Shown here piece by piece: positions 26,649 through 35,719 of a stretch of DNA of 64,000 nucleotides. Position numbers and translations under genes: made by a program. The number at the start of each line of letters is the position of its first letter. Position 1 is the first letter of the stretch. Origin of the DNA: Bdellovibrionales bacterium (GTDB lineage Bacteria > Bdellovibrionota > Bdellovibrionia > Bdellovibrionales > UBA1609); contig JBFWVI010000010.1 of assembly GCA_050246815.1 (NCBI GenBank), positions 2,293 through 66,292 on the forward strand. The letters run 5' to 3'. The notes under the pieces were generated by a model. It saw only the letters and a program-made list of their open reading frames with translations, made no database searches and was not told where the DNA came from.

Positions 26649-28781
26649 ATGTGGAAAAAAATCATCCCCACCCTCAAACTCGCTCCTTGGCGCAAAATAA
26701 TTCCGCTGTTTTGCGTTTTATCGCTTTTGGCAATTGGAGTTTTTTTAATCCACGCCGATCGACAACTGCAGAGCCGATTGGAGCAGGGTTGGTTCTTACC
26801 ACCTGTCGAATTTTACACCGCGCCGCAAACCTATAAACTTGAACAAAAAAAGTCGGCTTTGTCCTTGGCCAACCGCTTTCGCCGCTGGGGTTGGCGCCAA
26901 CGTGAAGCCGGCCAACCCGTGCTTGAAGGCGACTTTGCACTTTTGAATGCCGTGGCCTGTCGGCAGCAAGTGCCTCAAGCCGAGTTCTCGCAAGATTTAA
27001 CCCAATGTTTGGGATTTTGGGCCCCGGGGAAAATCAACGGCCGCTGGATGGCCTTCAATGGTGACATCATCAGCGGCCTTTATGGTCTAAACGGCGATCT
27101 GGTCGACGCGGCCGAAATTCCGGGCGAGCGTTTTGCCCAATATTACAAAGACCAACCTATCTTGCGCACTGTGGTCGACCTTGGCGCCGTACCACTTTAC
27201 TGCGCTCAAGCCGTGACGGCGATCGAGGATTCGGATTTTCTGACCCATCGCGGGATTTCGCTCACCGCCATCTTGCGCGCGATCGGCCGCAACGTCAGCC
27301 AGGCCCGCTTTGCCGAGGGGGCCAGCACCATCACCCAACAGCTGGTTAAAAATTATTTTTTAACTAGCGAAAAGACGCTGCGCCGTAAGCTGACCGAACA
27401 GGCGATGGCCGTGCTGCTGGAGCTGAGAGTCGACAAAGATCAAATCTTATCCAATTACTTAAATGTCACCTACATGGGCCAGCATGGCTCGTTTCAAGTT
27501 CTGGGCTTTGCAGCGGCGGCAGAACACTATTTCGATAAAAACCTGAATGCTCTGAACTTAAGTGAATGTGCGCTGCTCGCGGCGATCATCAACAATCCCG
27601 GACGCTACAACCCCATCCGTCAGCCCGAGCACGCCCGCACCCGCCGCGCCTTGGTGTTAAGTCGCATGCAGCAGCTTGACATGATCAGCGAAGATGAACG
27701 GGCCGCCGCCGAACAAACACCTTTGGGCGCCAAACCCAATTCGCTGCTGTCCGAGCCCGCGCCCTATTTCGTGCAAGCGGTTCTAGAAGAAATCCGCTCC
27801 CTGGGCATCAGTGCCGAGCGGGGCTTGAAAATTCAGACCACGCTCGACCCCGAGCTACAAGAGCGCGCCCAGGTTGTGGTGGCCAAACAGCTGGCCGCAC
27901 TTGAGGTGCGCATTCCGAAACTTAAAACAATCTCGAAGGCCCCCTTGCAAGGCGCCGCCCTCATGGTGGACGTTCATAGCGGTGGCGTGCGCGCCCTAGT
28001 GGGCGGCCGCCAATATAAACAAAATCAGTTTAATCGCATTCGCTCAAGCCGACGGCAGCCAGGCTCTTTGTTCAAACCCTTTGTTTACTTGGCCGCACTC
28101 GAATCCGGCGACTACACGCCCGAAACCCGATTGCTCGACGAGCCTTGGACCTACCGTTATGAGGGTCAAAGCTGGACCCCGCGCAATTATGACAAACAGT
28201 TTCGCGGCCAAGTCACCATGACACAGGCCTTGGCTGAGTCACTGAACATACCCACCGCACGACTGGGTATTGATGTGGGCCTGGCCTCGGTCGCCGAGCT
28301 GGCGGGCCGCCTTGGCGTGCAATCTGCACTGAATCCGCTACCGGCCCTATCATTGGGCGCGGCCGAAGTAACACCATGGGAGTTAACAGAGGCTTATCTA
28401 ACCTTGGCCCGCGGGGGCGAGCGCATGGCTCTTCACTTGATCAATCAGGTGACGACAAGCTCAGGCGAAGAGCTTTTCACCTCGTCCACCGCACCGGAGC
28501 GTGTGGTGCGCGAAGAGCCCACCCTGCAATTGACGCAGATGATGCAAGAAACTTTTGTCAGCGGAACAGCCAAAGCCTTAGCCCGGGCCCTGGAAGACAC
28601 ACCGGACAGACCCGCTGGCAAAACCGGAACCACCAGCGACACCCGCGACGCCTGGTTTGCAGGCTTCAATCACGATCTGTTGACGCTGACTTGGGTTGGA
28701 TTTGACGACAATACGTCCACGGGATTGACTGGCGCCGGCGCAGCCCTGCCTATTTGGTTCCAACTGCAGTACGGCCGCTAA
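26649..28781 (+). CDS. class A penicillin-binding protein (glycosyltransferase + transpeptidase), PBP1B-like
   Basis: N-terminal TM. GT51 motifs EDSDFLTHRGIS, GASTITQQLVKN and RKLTE. Transpeptidase motifs SLFK (SxxK), SLN (SxN) and KTGTT. About 120 aa lie between the TM and the GT domain, suggesting a UB2H-like insert. Confidence 0.9.
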   Translation: MWKKIIPTLKLAPWRKIIPLFCVLSLLAIGVFLIHADRQLQSRLEQGWFLPPVEFYTAPQTYKLEQKKSALSLANRFRRWGWRQREAGQPVLEGDFALLNAVACRQQVPQAEFSQDLTQCLGFWAPGKINGRWMAFNGDIISGLYGLNGDLVDAAEIPGERFAQYYKDQPILRTVVDLGAVPLYCAQAVTAIEDSDFLTHRGISLTAILRAIGRNVSQARFAEGASTITQQLVKNYFLTSEKTLRRKLTEQAMAVLLELRVDKDQILSNYLNVTYMGQHGSFQVLGFAAAAEHYFDKNLNALNLSECALLAAIINNPGRYNPIRQPEHARTRRALVLSRMQQLDMISEDERAAAEQTPLGAKPNSLLSEPAPYFVQAVLEEIRSLGISAERGLKIQTTLDPELQERAQVVVAKQLAALEVRIPKLKTISKAPLQGAALMVDVHSGGVRALVGGRQYKQNQFNRIRSSRRQPGSLFKPFVYLAALESGDYTPETRLLDEPWTYRYEGQSWTPRNYDKQFRGQVTMTQALAESLNIPTARLGIDVGLASVAELAGRLGVQSALNPLPALSLGAAEVTPWELTEAYLTLARGGERMALHLINQVTTSSGEELFTSSTAPERVVREEPTLQLTQMMQETFVSGTAKALARALEDTPDRPAGKTGTTSDTRDAWFAGFNHDLLTLTWVGFDDNTSTGLTGAGAALPIWFQLQYGR

Positions 28782-29101
28782 GGCGCAGCCAAAAGCTTCA
28801 ACCCGATGATTGAGACAATCAAATTCACCAACAACAAAATTCTAAACAGACTGGTTGGCTCGTTGAACAGCCACATGCCCATGATGGCGGTGCCAAAGGC
28901 GCCGATGCCCGTCCACACCGCATAGGCCGTGCCGATCGGGATACTTTCAATGGCCCGACTTAGAAAATAAAAACTTAAAACCGCCAGCACCAAAAAGGCA
29001 GCGGTGAATGCATGGCGGGTGAACCCCTCAGAAAGCTTCAAGCAAGTGGCGAACCCAATTTCAAGACCACCCGCGATCAATAAAAAAAACCAATTATTCA
29101 A
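28778..29101 (-). CDS. sugE: SMR-family transporter SugE/Gdx
   Basis: 107 aa with 4 TM segments, the conserved Glu in TM1 (IAGGLEIGF), and GTAYAVWTGIGA. TTG start with a GAAGGGA SD. Its stop codon overlaps the PBP stop on the opposite strand (CTAA). Confidence 0.85.
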   Translation of the reverse strand: MNNWFFLLIAGGLEIGFATCLKLSEGFTRHAFTAAFLVLAVLSFYFLSRAIESIPIGTAYAVWTGIGAFGTAIMGMWLFNEPTSLFRILLLVNLIVSIIGLKLLAAP

Positions 29102-29209
29102 TTCTTGCGTCCCTTCATCACGGCCTCGACCGGCACTGAGCCTCTTTTTACTTGTACGGATTCAACCACAAGTCGGGTGTCACGGGCAAAAACAAGTTCA
29201 AGTGCCAGC

Positions 29210-30217
29210 TCAAAAGCCGATGGTCAACCACTTGCCGATCAAAGCGACCATCAGTATCGACAGGCTTTCAACCGCCTCGACTGCGCGCGCGATCACTGGT
29301 CCTGGAGTCGGGTGGGCCCGCCGCTCTTGGGCCTCGGCTTTCAAACGAATGCTCACATAGCCATTCGGGTCGTTTTCAATGGCTTGGATCAGTGGGGTCA
29401 ACTGAGCCGTCACCGCGAGCAACGTACTGTCTTTGCCGCCGCTTAAAACATAAATTAAAATTTGGCGCTGCTCGGGCCGTAATTGCAAAACGCTTTGGTG
29501 CAGGGATCGGGTTTGGGCCATGTATTCGAAGAAGTCCAAGAACGCATCCTTTTCGACCGCATTCAAACCCAACAGGTCTTCTAAAATTTTAGTCAAACCA
29601 TTTGAACCCAGCGTGTTGAAGACCTCGACAATGAAGGCTTGTTCGTTGGTGAAGGCTAGGCGCTCCACATCCAAAAGATCACTCGTCCGGCTTGGTGTAA
29701 AGCGGTGAACCAAATGGGTGGCCTCGTGAACCAAGAAGATCAAACCTAAGATTTGTCTTTTGTGGCGACGATGCACTTTAATCCAGCGGTCATTCGAGCA
29801 TGCGGACTGGCGCGCGCCCGGCACACCGAAGTTAAAGGTGAAACGATTCAGGTCGCGCAGCAGACTATGGCGCTCCGCCCCCGAAAGTCCCAAAGTCAGT
29901 CGGTAAAGATGGCGGGTGAAAATCTGCTCCACTTGCATTTCATCACTTGAGGGCACGATATTCCGACGAAACTGTGCAAAAACCGGCGCCAAGACCGTAC
30001 TGTGCCAATGCAGAATCGTCGTTTTTTCGTCCAGATCCTGGGCATCGGGATCGGAGTCGATAGTGATGGCCTGTTCGGAATACAGAATATCCTCGCAAGA
30101 GCCTTTGTACTCATCAAAAACTAGACTTGAAGAATTGACCCATCGGTCTTTGGCCGCAGCATGACTGCCACTAAATGTTAAGACCGCCATAAAAAATAGA
30201 AGAAATGTAGACCGCAT
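29210..30217 (-). CDS. secreted hypothetical protein with an HExxH motif (putative metallopeptidase)
   Basis: Signal peptide MRSTFLLFFMAVLTFSGSHAAA. HExxH in LIFLVHEATHLVH. Glu-containing segment VERLAFTNEQAF about 20 aa downstream. Confidence 0.45.
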   Translation of the reverse strand: MRSTFLLFFMAVLTFSGSHAAAKDRWVNSSSLVFDEYKGSCEDILYSEQAITIDSDPDAQDLDEKTTILHWHSTVLAPVFAQFRRNIVPSSDEMQVEQIFTRHLYRLTLGLSGAERHSLLRDLNRFTFNFGVPGARQSACSNDRWIKVHRRHKRQILGLIFLVHEATHLVHRFTPSRTSDLLDVERLAFTNEQAFIVEVFNTLGSNGLTKILEDLLGLNAVEKDAFLDFFEYMAQTRSLHQSVLQLRPEQRQILIYVLSGGKDSTLLAVTAQLTPLIQAIENDPNGYVSIRLKAEAQERRAHPTPGPVIARAVEAVESLSILMVALIGKWLTIGF

Positions 30218-30471
30218 TCTTTGCGCCTTCCTTCTGACCAGGTTTTTGGGCTTCCAAGCAAAGGAATTGAATTGCAGAATTCGTTCCCCATGAAATCCAA
30301 CTCAAATCGAATTAAGGCCAGTTGAAGCTCGCTTTTGTCGAGTCCGTGGGCAGGGACGAACAAAATTGAGCCCCCTCTCATCTGAGTGAGCTTAACCCCC
30401 ATAAGCTACCTTTAAATTCGATTTGGCAGGCATGAGGCTTGAACTATTAAGGGCGACGACGGAGGTCTGTC

Positions 30472-31449
30472 ATGGGTAAACCCACGTTTGTGCTATTCAC
30501 CGGCTTTTCTATAATCGCTTTGATTGCCGTGGGATGCGGTGACCAAGGTGGCAATAGTAATCGCCGCGGCCGCATTCATTTAGGGCGCACCGGCGCTCAA
30601 GGTGTGGGCACCAACAATGTCAGCGACAAAGTCTTCCAAGGCGCCGATGCCCAAGCCCTACAGACCAGCACATTGCAACAGCGTTCGGTCGATGACGTGG
30701 ATCAACACTTAAAACAACTTTTAGTTGGCAACGTCGTCAGCCTTGATGACGTGCCCCAAGGTACTTATCAACTGCAAGAGATACTGACCGTGGCCCGTGT
30801 CAATAAAATGCAAGCCCCGACGAAAGCTAACGCCAACGCAAGCAACAAGCCACAGGCGCAAATCGCCGGCCACAATTTCAAAGTGATTATCAATGACAAA
30901 GATGAAGTCAGCTTTAGCCCCGTGCAAAATTTTGTCAGCAAAACCAAAGCCCAAAATGGTCCGCGCATCGATGCGCAAGTGGCACTGACGTTTCAAGTGC
31001 TCAAAGGCGAGCTGAACGCCACCCGCGCTATTCGCTATGAAAGCATCATGGAAAAAGGCAAACCCAAAATGACCGTAATCATAGGCGATACTAATCGCAC
31101 GATGGTGGCCGAGCTAGCCGCCAACAAAGATAAAAAGAACGCCAGTGGCGTTTATGTTGTGGCGAAAAGCGACAATAGAAACCAATACATCACCCTTCGT
31201 GGTTCGGGCGACACTTTGATCTTAAGTAAAGACAGTGAAGAGATTTCACCTAAAGGCCAAAACGCTTCGCGCGTGACTTCGACGGTTTTAATTTACAAAA
31301 AAATTGCCGGCGCACCTACAGCCGCTCCCACAGCAGGACAGGCGACGGCCCCGGCAACCCCGATTATCGCCGCTCCTGCAGAAGTCGCCCCAGAAGCCGC
31401 TCCCGAGGCCACGACGGACGCCCCCACCGTCAACGAACTCAAGCACTAA
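30472..31449 (+). CDS. lipoprotein (hypothetical) with an Ala/Pro-rich C-terminal tail
   Basis: GGAGG SD. Lipobox LIAVGCG. C-terminal APTAAPTAGQATAPATPIIAAPAEVAPEAAPEA. Confidence 0.6.
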   Translation: MGKPTFVLFTGFSIIALIAVGCGDQGGNSNRRGRIHLGRTGAQGVGTNNVSDKVFQGADAQALQTSTLQQRSVDDVDQHLKQLLVGNVVSLDDVPQGTYQLQEILTVARVNKMQAPTKANANASNKPQAQIAGHNFKVIINDKDEVSFSPVQNFVSKTKAQNGPRIDAQVALTFQVLKGELNATRAIRYESIMEKGKPKMTVIIGDTNRTMVAELAANKDKKNASGVYVVAKSDNRNQYITLRGSGDTLILSKDSEEISPKGQNASRVTSTVLIYKKIAGAPTAAPTAGQATAPATPIIAAPAEVAPEAAPEATTDAPTVNELKH

Positions 31450-31498
31450 AATGCTTGAGCTCCGCCAGGGGCCAGGCCAGGCATCACAGTTTGCCCCG

Positions 31499-31519
31499 GT
31501 GTCACTTTGACACTTTTTT
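31499..31519 (+). terminator. rho-independent terminator
   Basis: GTGTCA-CTT-TGACAC followed by TTTTTT. The stem is short (6 bp). Confidence 0.55.
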
Positions 31520-31679
31520 AGCTTATCGAGTAATTTTTACCTGATCCGGGGCTGCCCCTTCATACCCCTTTCAAGGGCCTAAAGCTCTGATACTCCATAT
31601 CTTTTATTGAAACCCGGCACTTGCTACAAGGTGGCGTCGACTTTGCTCTTGAGGAGTGCCGGGTATCAAAGGGTAAGGG

Positions 31680-33557
31680 ATGAAAATAGATCGGACCATC
31701 AAAGAAAAGTGGTTTAAGCGTGCACTTCGTGTCGCCGCGGCCATGCTGATCGGCACTCTGATTTATCAGCTGCCACTCGATTACATGGAAGCCTTCACTT
31801 ACGATTTTCGCATCGCTTTAAAACCAACTTCGCCCATCTCGGGTAAGATCGCCACTGTGGCCATCGACACCGCCACTTTGAAGACTCTGCAGAAAGAACC
31901 GACCGCCGCCGACCATCGCCGCGTGCTTGAAAAGCTGCTGCGCCATGGGGCCACTAAAATCATTTACATCATGGACCCCACGACCATCGAGGGTTCACGC
32001 CAAGACAAACAAGCTCTAGCCGAAGTGATGAAGGATCCGCGCGTCGTGGTGGCCGTTAACGAGTTGCCCCCCGCAGGCCAGCTGGACTTTTTGCGTCTGG
32101 CCGCCCCGTTTGACCAAACCGCAGTCTTGCCCGGCCCCACCACGGTCGACAAAACCATTTTGGCCAAAGATGGTGTCACCAGGCGTCTGATTGTTTCCTC
32201 TGAGGGACAAGCCACTTATCCCTTTTTGCTAGCTGAAGAATTGTATGGCCAGAAAGAAAACGAGTTCAAGGGCCAGTTTGAGTTGCTCGAAGCCCAACAA
32301 GCTTACATCGATTATCATCCTGAGGGCACTTATCAGCCCTATGAATTTGTCATGGTTCGTGACGGAAATATCGACAAACTGGCCTTCGATAAAAAAATTG
32401 TGATGATTGGCCGTGATTCACGCGACTCTGTCAAAGAGTACGTCATGACGCCCTACTCTCGTGAAGTAACGGCGATGAGTATGCTCGAGATGCACGCCAA
32501 TATGCTCGACACGGTTTTACAGAACCGCGCCCCTCGCCAGCTGTCCGGCCCAATTAATTTGATCTTCACTATCTTATTTTCACTTTTGACTGTTTACGTC
32601 GTGTTGAATGTGCGCCCCTTGCGCGGCTTGGGGATTTTAGGTGTCGCGTTGGGAACCTTCGTGGTGGTCGCTTATTTGCTGTTTGCAGCCTTTAATTTTT
32701 GGTTGCCTATGGCTCAACCTCTGCTGGCGACCTTTGTCGGCTACTATTTCTTCATTCCTTACCGCTTGATCATGGAAAACCGCCGCAGCTGGGAATACTA
32801 TCAAAAGAACAAACTGCTGACTCAGGTTGAAGAGCTCAAAAGCAATTTTCTGCGCATGATGTCTCATGACTTGCGCACTCCCTTGGCGCGAATCCAAGGC
32901 ATGGCCAACGTGGTGCTGTCGGATTCGACACCCTTAAGCGACACCCAACGTCGCGCCGTTGAAACAATTTATCGCTCCAGTGAGGAGCTTTCGGATTTCA
33001 TCGGTTCGATTTTGAGTTTAGGCCGCATTGAAAGCAAAGAAATCAAATTGCATTTACGAAGCCGTGACTTGAACTCGCTGCTGCGCGAGGTGATCAAAAA
33101 ATGTGAATTTTTGGCGCGTAAGCGCGGCATCGAAATTCGCACGGAATTTGAACCCATGTTCAGCTTCAAGGTAGATGAAGATTTGATCCGTCAGGTATTC
33201 ACCAACCTGATCGAAAATGCGATAAAGTACAGCGGCGACAACGGCAAAATTCTTGTATCGACCGAAGAAGTCGAGGGCCGCGCAGTGGTGCAGGTGGCCG
33301 ACCAAGGAATAGGCATCCCCCATGACGATCTGCCCCATGTGTTCGATAAGTTCTTCCGCAGCCGAAATGCGCGCCACACCGAAGTTGGCGGCTCTGGGCT
33401 TGGTCTTTATTTAGTGAAATACTTTGTCGAGTTGCACCGCGGTCAAGTTGAGGTTGAAAGTGAATCCGGCAAGGGTTCTACTTTTACCGTTAAATTGCCT
33501 ATGGTAATGGATACGCAAACCCGCGCCCCGTTGCGCGAAGGAGTGCACCATGTTTAA
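31680..33557 (+). CDS. CHASE2-type sensor histidine kinase
   Basis: N-terminal TM, a periplasmic region of about 270 aa, then three TMs (CHASE2 topology). H-box MSHDLRTPLARI, N-box NLIENAIKYS, and G-boxes DQGIGIP and GGSGLGLYLV. Confidence 0.85.
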   Translation: MKIDRTIKEKWFKRALRVAAAMLIGTLIYQLPLDYMEAFTYDFRIALKPTSPISGKIATVAIDTATLKTLQKEPTAADHRRVLEKLLRHGATKIIYIMDPTTIEGSRQDKQALAEVMKDPRVVVAVNELPPAGQLDFLRLAAPFDQTAVLPGPTTVDKTILAKDGVTRRLIVSSEGQATYPFLLAEELYGQKENEFKGQFELLEAQQAYIDYHPEGTYQPYEFVMVRDGNIDKLAFDKKIVMIGRDSRDSVKEYVMTPYSREVTAMSMLEMHANMLDTVLQNRAPRQLSGPINLIFTILFSLLTVYVVLNVRPLRGLGILGVALGTFVVVAYLLFAAFNFWLPMAQPLLATFVGYYFFIPYRLIMENRRSWEYYQKNKLLTQVEELKSNFLRMMSHDLRTPLARIQGMANVVLSDSTPLSDTQRRAVETIYRSSEELSDFIGSILSLGRIESKEIKLHLRSRDLNSLLREVIKKCEFLARKRGIEIRTEFEPMFSFKVDEDLIRQVFTNLIENAIKYSGDNGKILVSTEEVEGRAVVQVADQGIGIPHDDLPHVFDKFFRSRNARHTEVGGSGLGLYLVKYFVELHRGQVEVESESGKGSTFTVKLPMVMDTQTRAPLREGVHHV

Positions 33558-35049
33558 AGTTTTAGTGGTGGATGACGATCCGGGCTTGCGCCTTTCTGTG
33601 CGTTCAAGCCTTACGACCACCGGTCGCTTTGAAGTGGACGAAGCCTTTGACGGCGTCGACGCTTTGTCAAAAGTGCGGGCGGGAAATTACAACGTGGCGA
33701 TCTTGGATGTGGATATGCCCCGCATGTCCGGCCTTGAAGCTCTGCGCTCAATCAAAGAACACGATCCTTCGATTATCGTGATCATCATGACGGCCTACAC
33801 CAATTTGAACGATGCCGTTCGCGCGGTTAAAGAGGGCGCTTACAACTACGTCGCCAAGCCTGTCAAATCGGATGAATTGGTGGCCATGGTCGACAACGCC
33901 ATCAAAGCCTACTCTTTGATTTCAGACGTGGCAGCCTCGGCCCCCATGCTGATGGAGTCGGGCCGTGAAATCATCGGCAACACCGCGCAGATGCGCAAGG
34001 TGTTTAACATTATCATGCGCTTGTCGAAAGTCGATACGCCGGTGTTGATCCGTGGCGCGTCGGGCACCGGCAAAGAATTGGTGGCTCGTGCGATTCATGC
34101 CAACTCAGGATTTAAAGACGGCCGGTTCGTTGCCATCAATTGTTCTGCGATCCCAGAAAATTTGTTCGAAAGTGAGTTGTTCGGCCATGAAAAGGGCTCG
34201 TTCACTGGCGCGGATCAGCGCAAGATCGGTAAATTTCAATTCGCTGAAGGCGGAACACTCTTCTTAGACGAATTGGGTGATCTGCCCGTCATGATGCAGG
34301 TGAAGCTGCTGCGCGTGTTGCAAGAAAAGCTGTTCACTCCGGTGGGAGCTAATCGTGAGATCGAAGCCAATGTGCGCATCATTGCCGCCACCAACCGCCC
34401 CTTAGAGGAGATGATCAAGAAAGGCGATTTCCGCGAAGATTTGTACTACCGTTTGAATGTGATGCCGATCTTCTTGCCCTCTTTACGCGAACGCAAAGAG
34501 GATATGGACCACTTGGTGAGTCGTTTCATTCAAAAATTCAACAAGGCTCACAACAAACGTATCATCGGGGTCACGCCCGAAGCGCTGGCAGTTTTAAAAC
34601 GCTACGATTGGCCAGGCAATATTCGTGAGCTTGAAAACATTATCGAACACGCGTTTATTTTAGAAGAGTCAAATCTGCTGTCCTTAAGTTCTCTGCCGGA
34701 ATCCTTGCTTGCGGCCATGGGTGTGGATCTTTCAATGCTGGCCGATTCGCAGACCGCAGCGCCCATGGCTCGTGAAGTCGTGGATTTGGATGACTTGGCA
34801 GGTTTCGATGGCGCAACCGAAGGCGAAGTGTTGGGTGACGATGAAAGTCGCGAGGCGGCCAGAAAAATGGGCGACGCCTTGGACTTCAACAAGCAAAAAG
34901 AAACTTTCGAACGCGACTTTATCATCCGTGCCTTGCGCACCTTTAAGGGCCGCATCAACCAAACCGCGCTCCATGCCAATATCCCCAAAAAAACCCTTCT
35001 GCGTAAAATCGAGAAATACGGCATCAACGCCAAAGAGTACGCCGACTAA
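33550..35049 (+). CDS. sigma-54-dependent response regulator (NtrC family)
   Basis: REC domain (VLVVDDD...ILDVDMPRMSG...MTAY). AAA+ domain with GASGTGKE, GSFTGA (GAFTGA motif) and RELENIIE. C-terminal Fis-type HTH. 8-nt overlap with the kinase gene. Confidence 0.92.
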   Translation: MFKVLVVDDDPGLRLSVRSSLTTTGRFEVDEAFDGVDALSKVRAGNYNVAILDVDMPRMSGLEALRSIKEHDPSIIVIIMTAYTNLNDAVRAVKEGAYNYVAKPVKSDELVAMVDNAIKAYSLISDVAASAPMLMESGREIIGNTAQMRKVFNIIMRLSKVDTPVLIRGASGTGKELVARAIHANSGFKDGRFVAINCSAIPENLFESELFGHEKGSFTGADQRKIGKFQFAEGGTLFLDELGDLPVMMQVKLLRVLQEKLFTPVGANREIEANVRIIAATNRPLEEMIKKGDFREDLYYRLNVMPIFLPSLRERKEDMDHLVSRFIQKFNKAHNKRIIGVTPEALAVLKRYDWPGNIRELENIIEHAFILEESNLLSLSSLPESLLAAMGVDLSMLADSQTAAPMAREVVDLDDLAGFDGATEGEVLGDDESREAARKMGDALDFNKQKETFERDFIIRALRTFKGRINQTALHANIPKKTLLRKIEKYGINAKEYAD

Positions 35050-35065
35050 ATGACGCAACGCTAAA

Positions 35066-35090
35066 CCAAAAGGTGCCAGGCACCTTTTGG
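35066..35090. terminator. bidirectional hairpin terminator between convergent genes
   Basis: Perfect palindrome CCAAAAGGTGCC-A-GGCACCTTTTGG. Confidence 0.7.
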
Positions 35091-35106
35091 TGGTACCTGT
35101 GGCTAC

Positions 35107-35367
35107 TTAGCGACGTGCCTTGCTGACCAGAGTGATTTGCATGCCATCTTGCTTGCGGTCGGCTGATTTTTTACCTGAGAATAGTTGCGCGCTGATTTCA
35201 TCAGACATTTGGTCGAGCTGATTGATATTGCGTTGATAGTTGTCGGTTTGCTCTTGGGTGACGCTGGCGACCCTAGCATTCTTAGCCTTGATAAGCTGCA
35301 CCTCGCCATAAGACGGGACGCTGATGGCGCACACGGCAAAAAACAATAACCATGCGATTGCTCTCAT
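35107..35367 (-). CDS. small secreted protein (hypothetical)
   Basis: Signal peptide MRAIAWLLFFAVCAISVPSYG. 86 aa. Start taken at Met15 of the track ORF. Confidence 0.45.
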   Translation of the reverse strand: MRAIAWLLFFAVCAISVPSYGEVQLIKAKNARVASVTQEQTDNYQRNINQLDQMSDEISAQLFSGKKSADRKQDGMQITLVSKARR

Positions 35368-35719
35368 AAATTCCCCTTTCGACGTACCACTGTTCTCAAC
35401 TCGTAACATGTCTTAATTCGGTAAAACTAGACTAAAGGTTGAGCGTTTTTTCCGATTTTTTTTACACCGCCTCAGAACGAGACAAATACTAAATAACCCC
35501 CAGAAGCCCATTTCATATAAATAGTCGCCATCCAAACAATTCCTAAAAAGCGCATTGGTTCGCCGTTACGGAGATCTGAAGCTTCGAACCTCAACATATT
35601 TAGTTTCGCCTACGTCAGACTCCTCATCGAGATCATGCCGTGTCGAATATGTCTCAAATTGATTTGGTTCTTGCCCGTTGTTTGAGTTTGAGCCGAAAAC
35701 AACCGAAAATAAGTAACCT

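Noticed and set aside
29102-29209. Guanidine riboswitch (ykkC, mini-ykkC, ykkC-III) in the sugE leader
   Set aside because: I read the minus-strand leader and found no paired ACGR tetraloop hairpins. I also found no GGGA...ACCCGG pseudoknot or ykkC core (GGUCCGAGAG / ACACGG) motifs. An Rfam cmscan would settle it.
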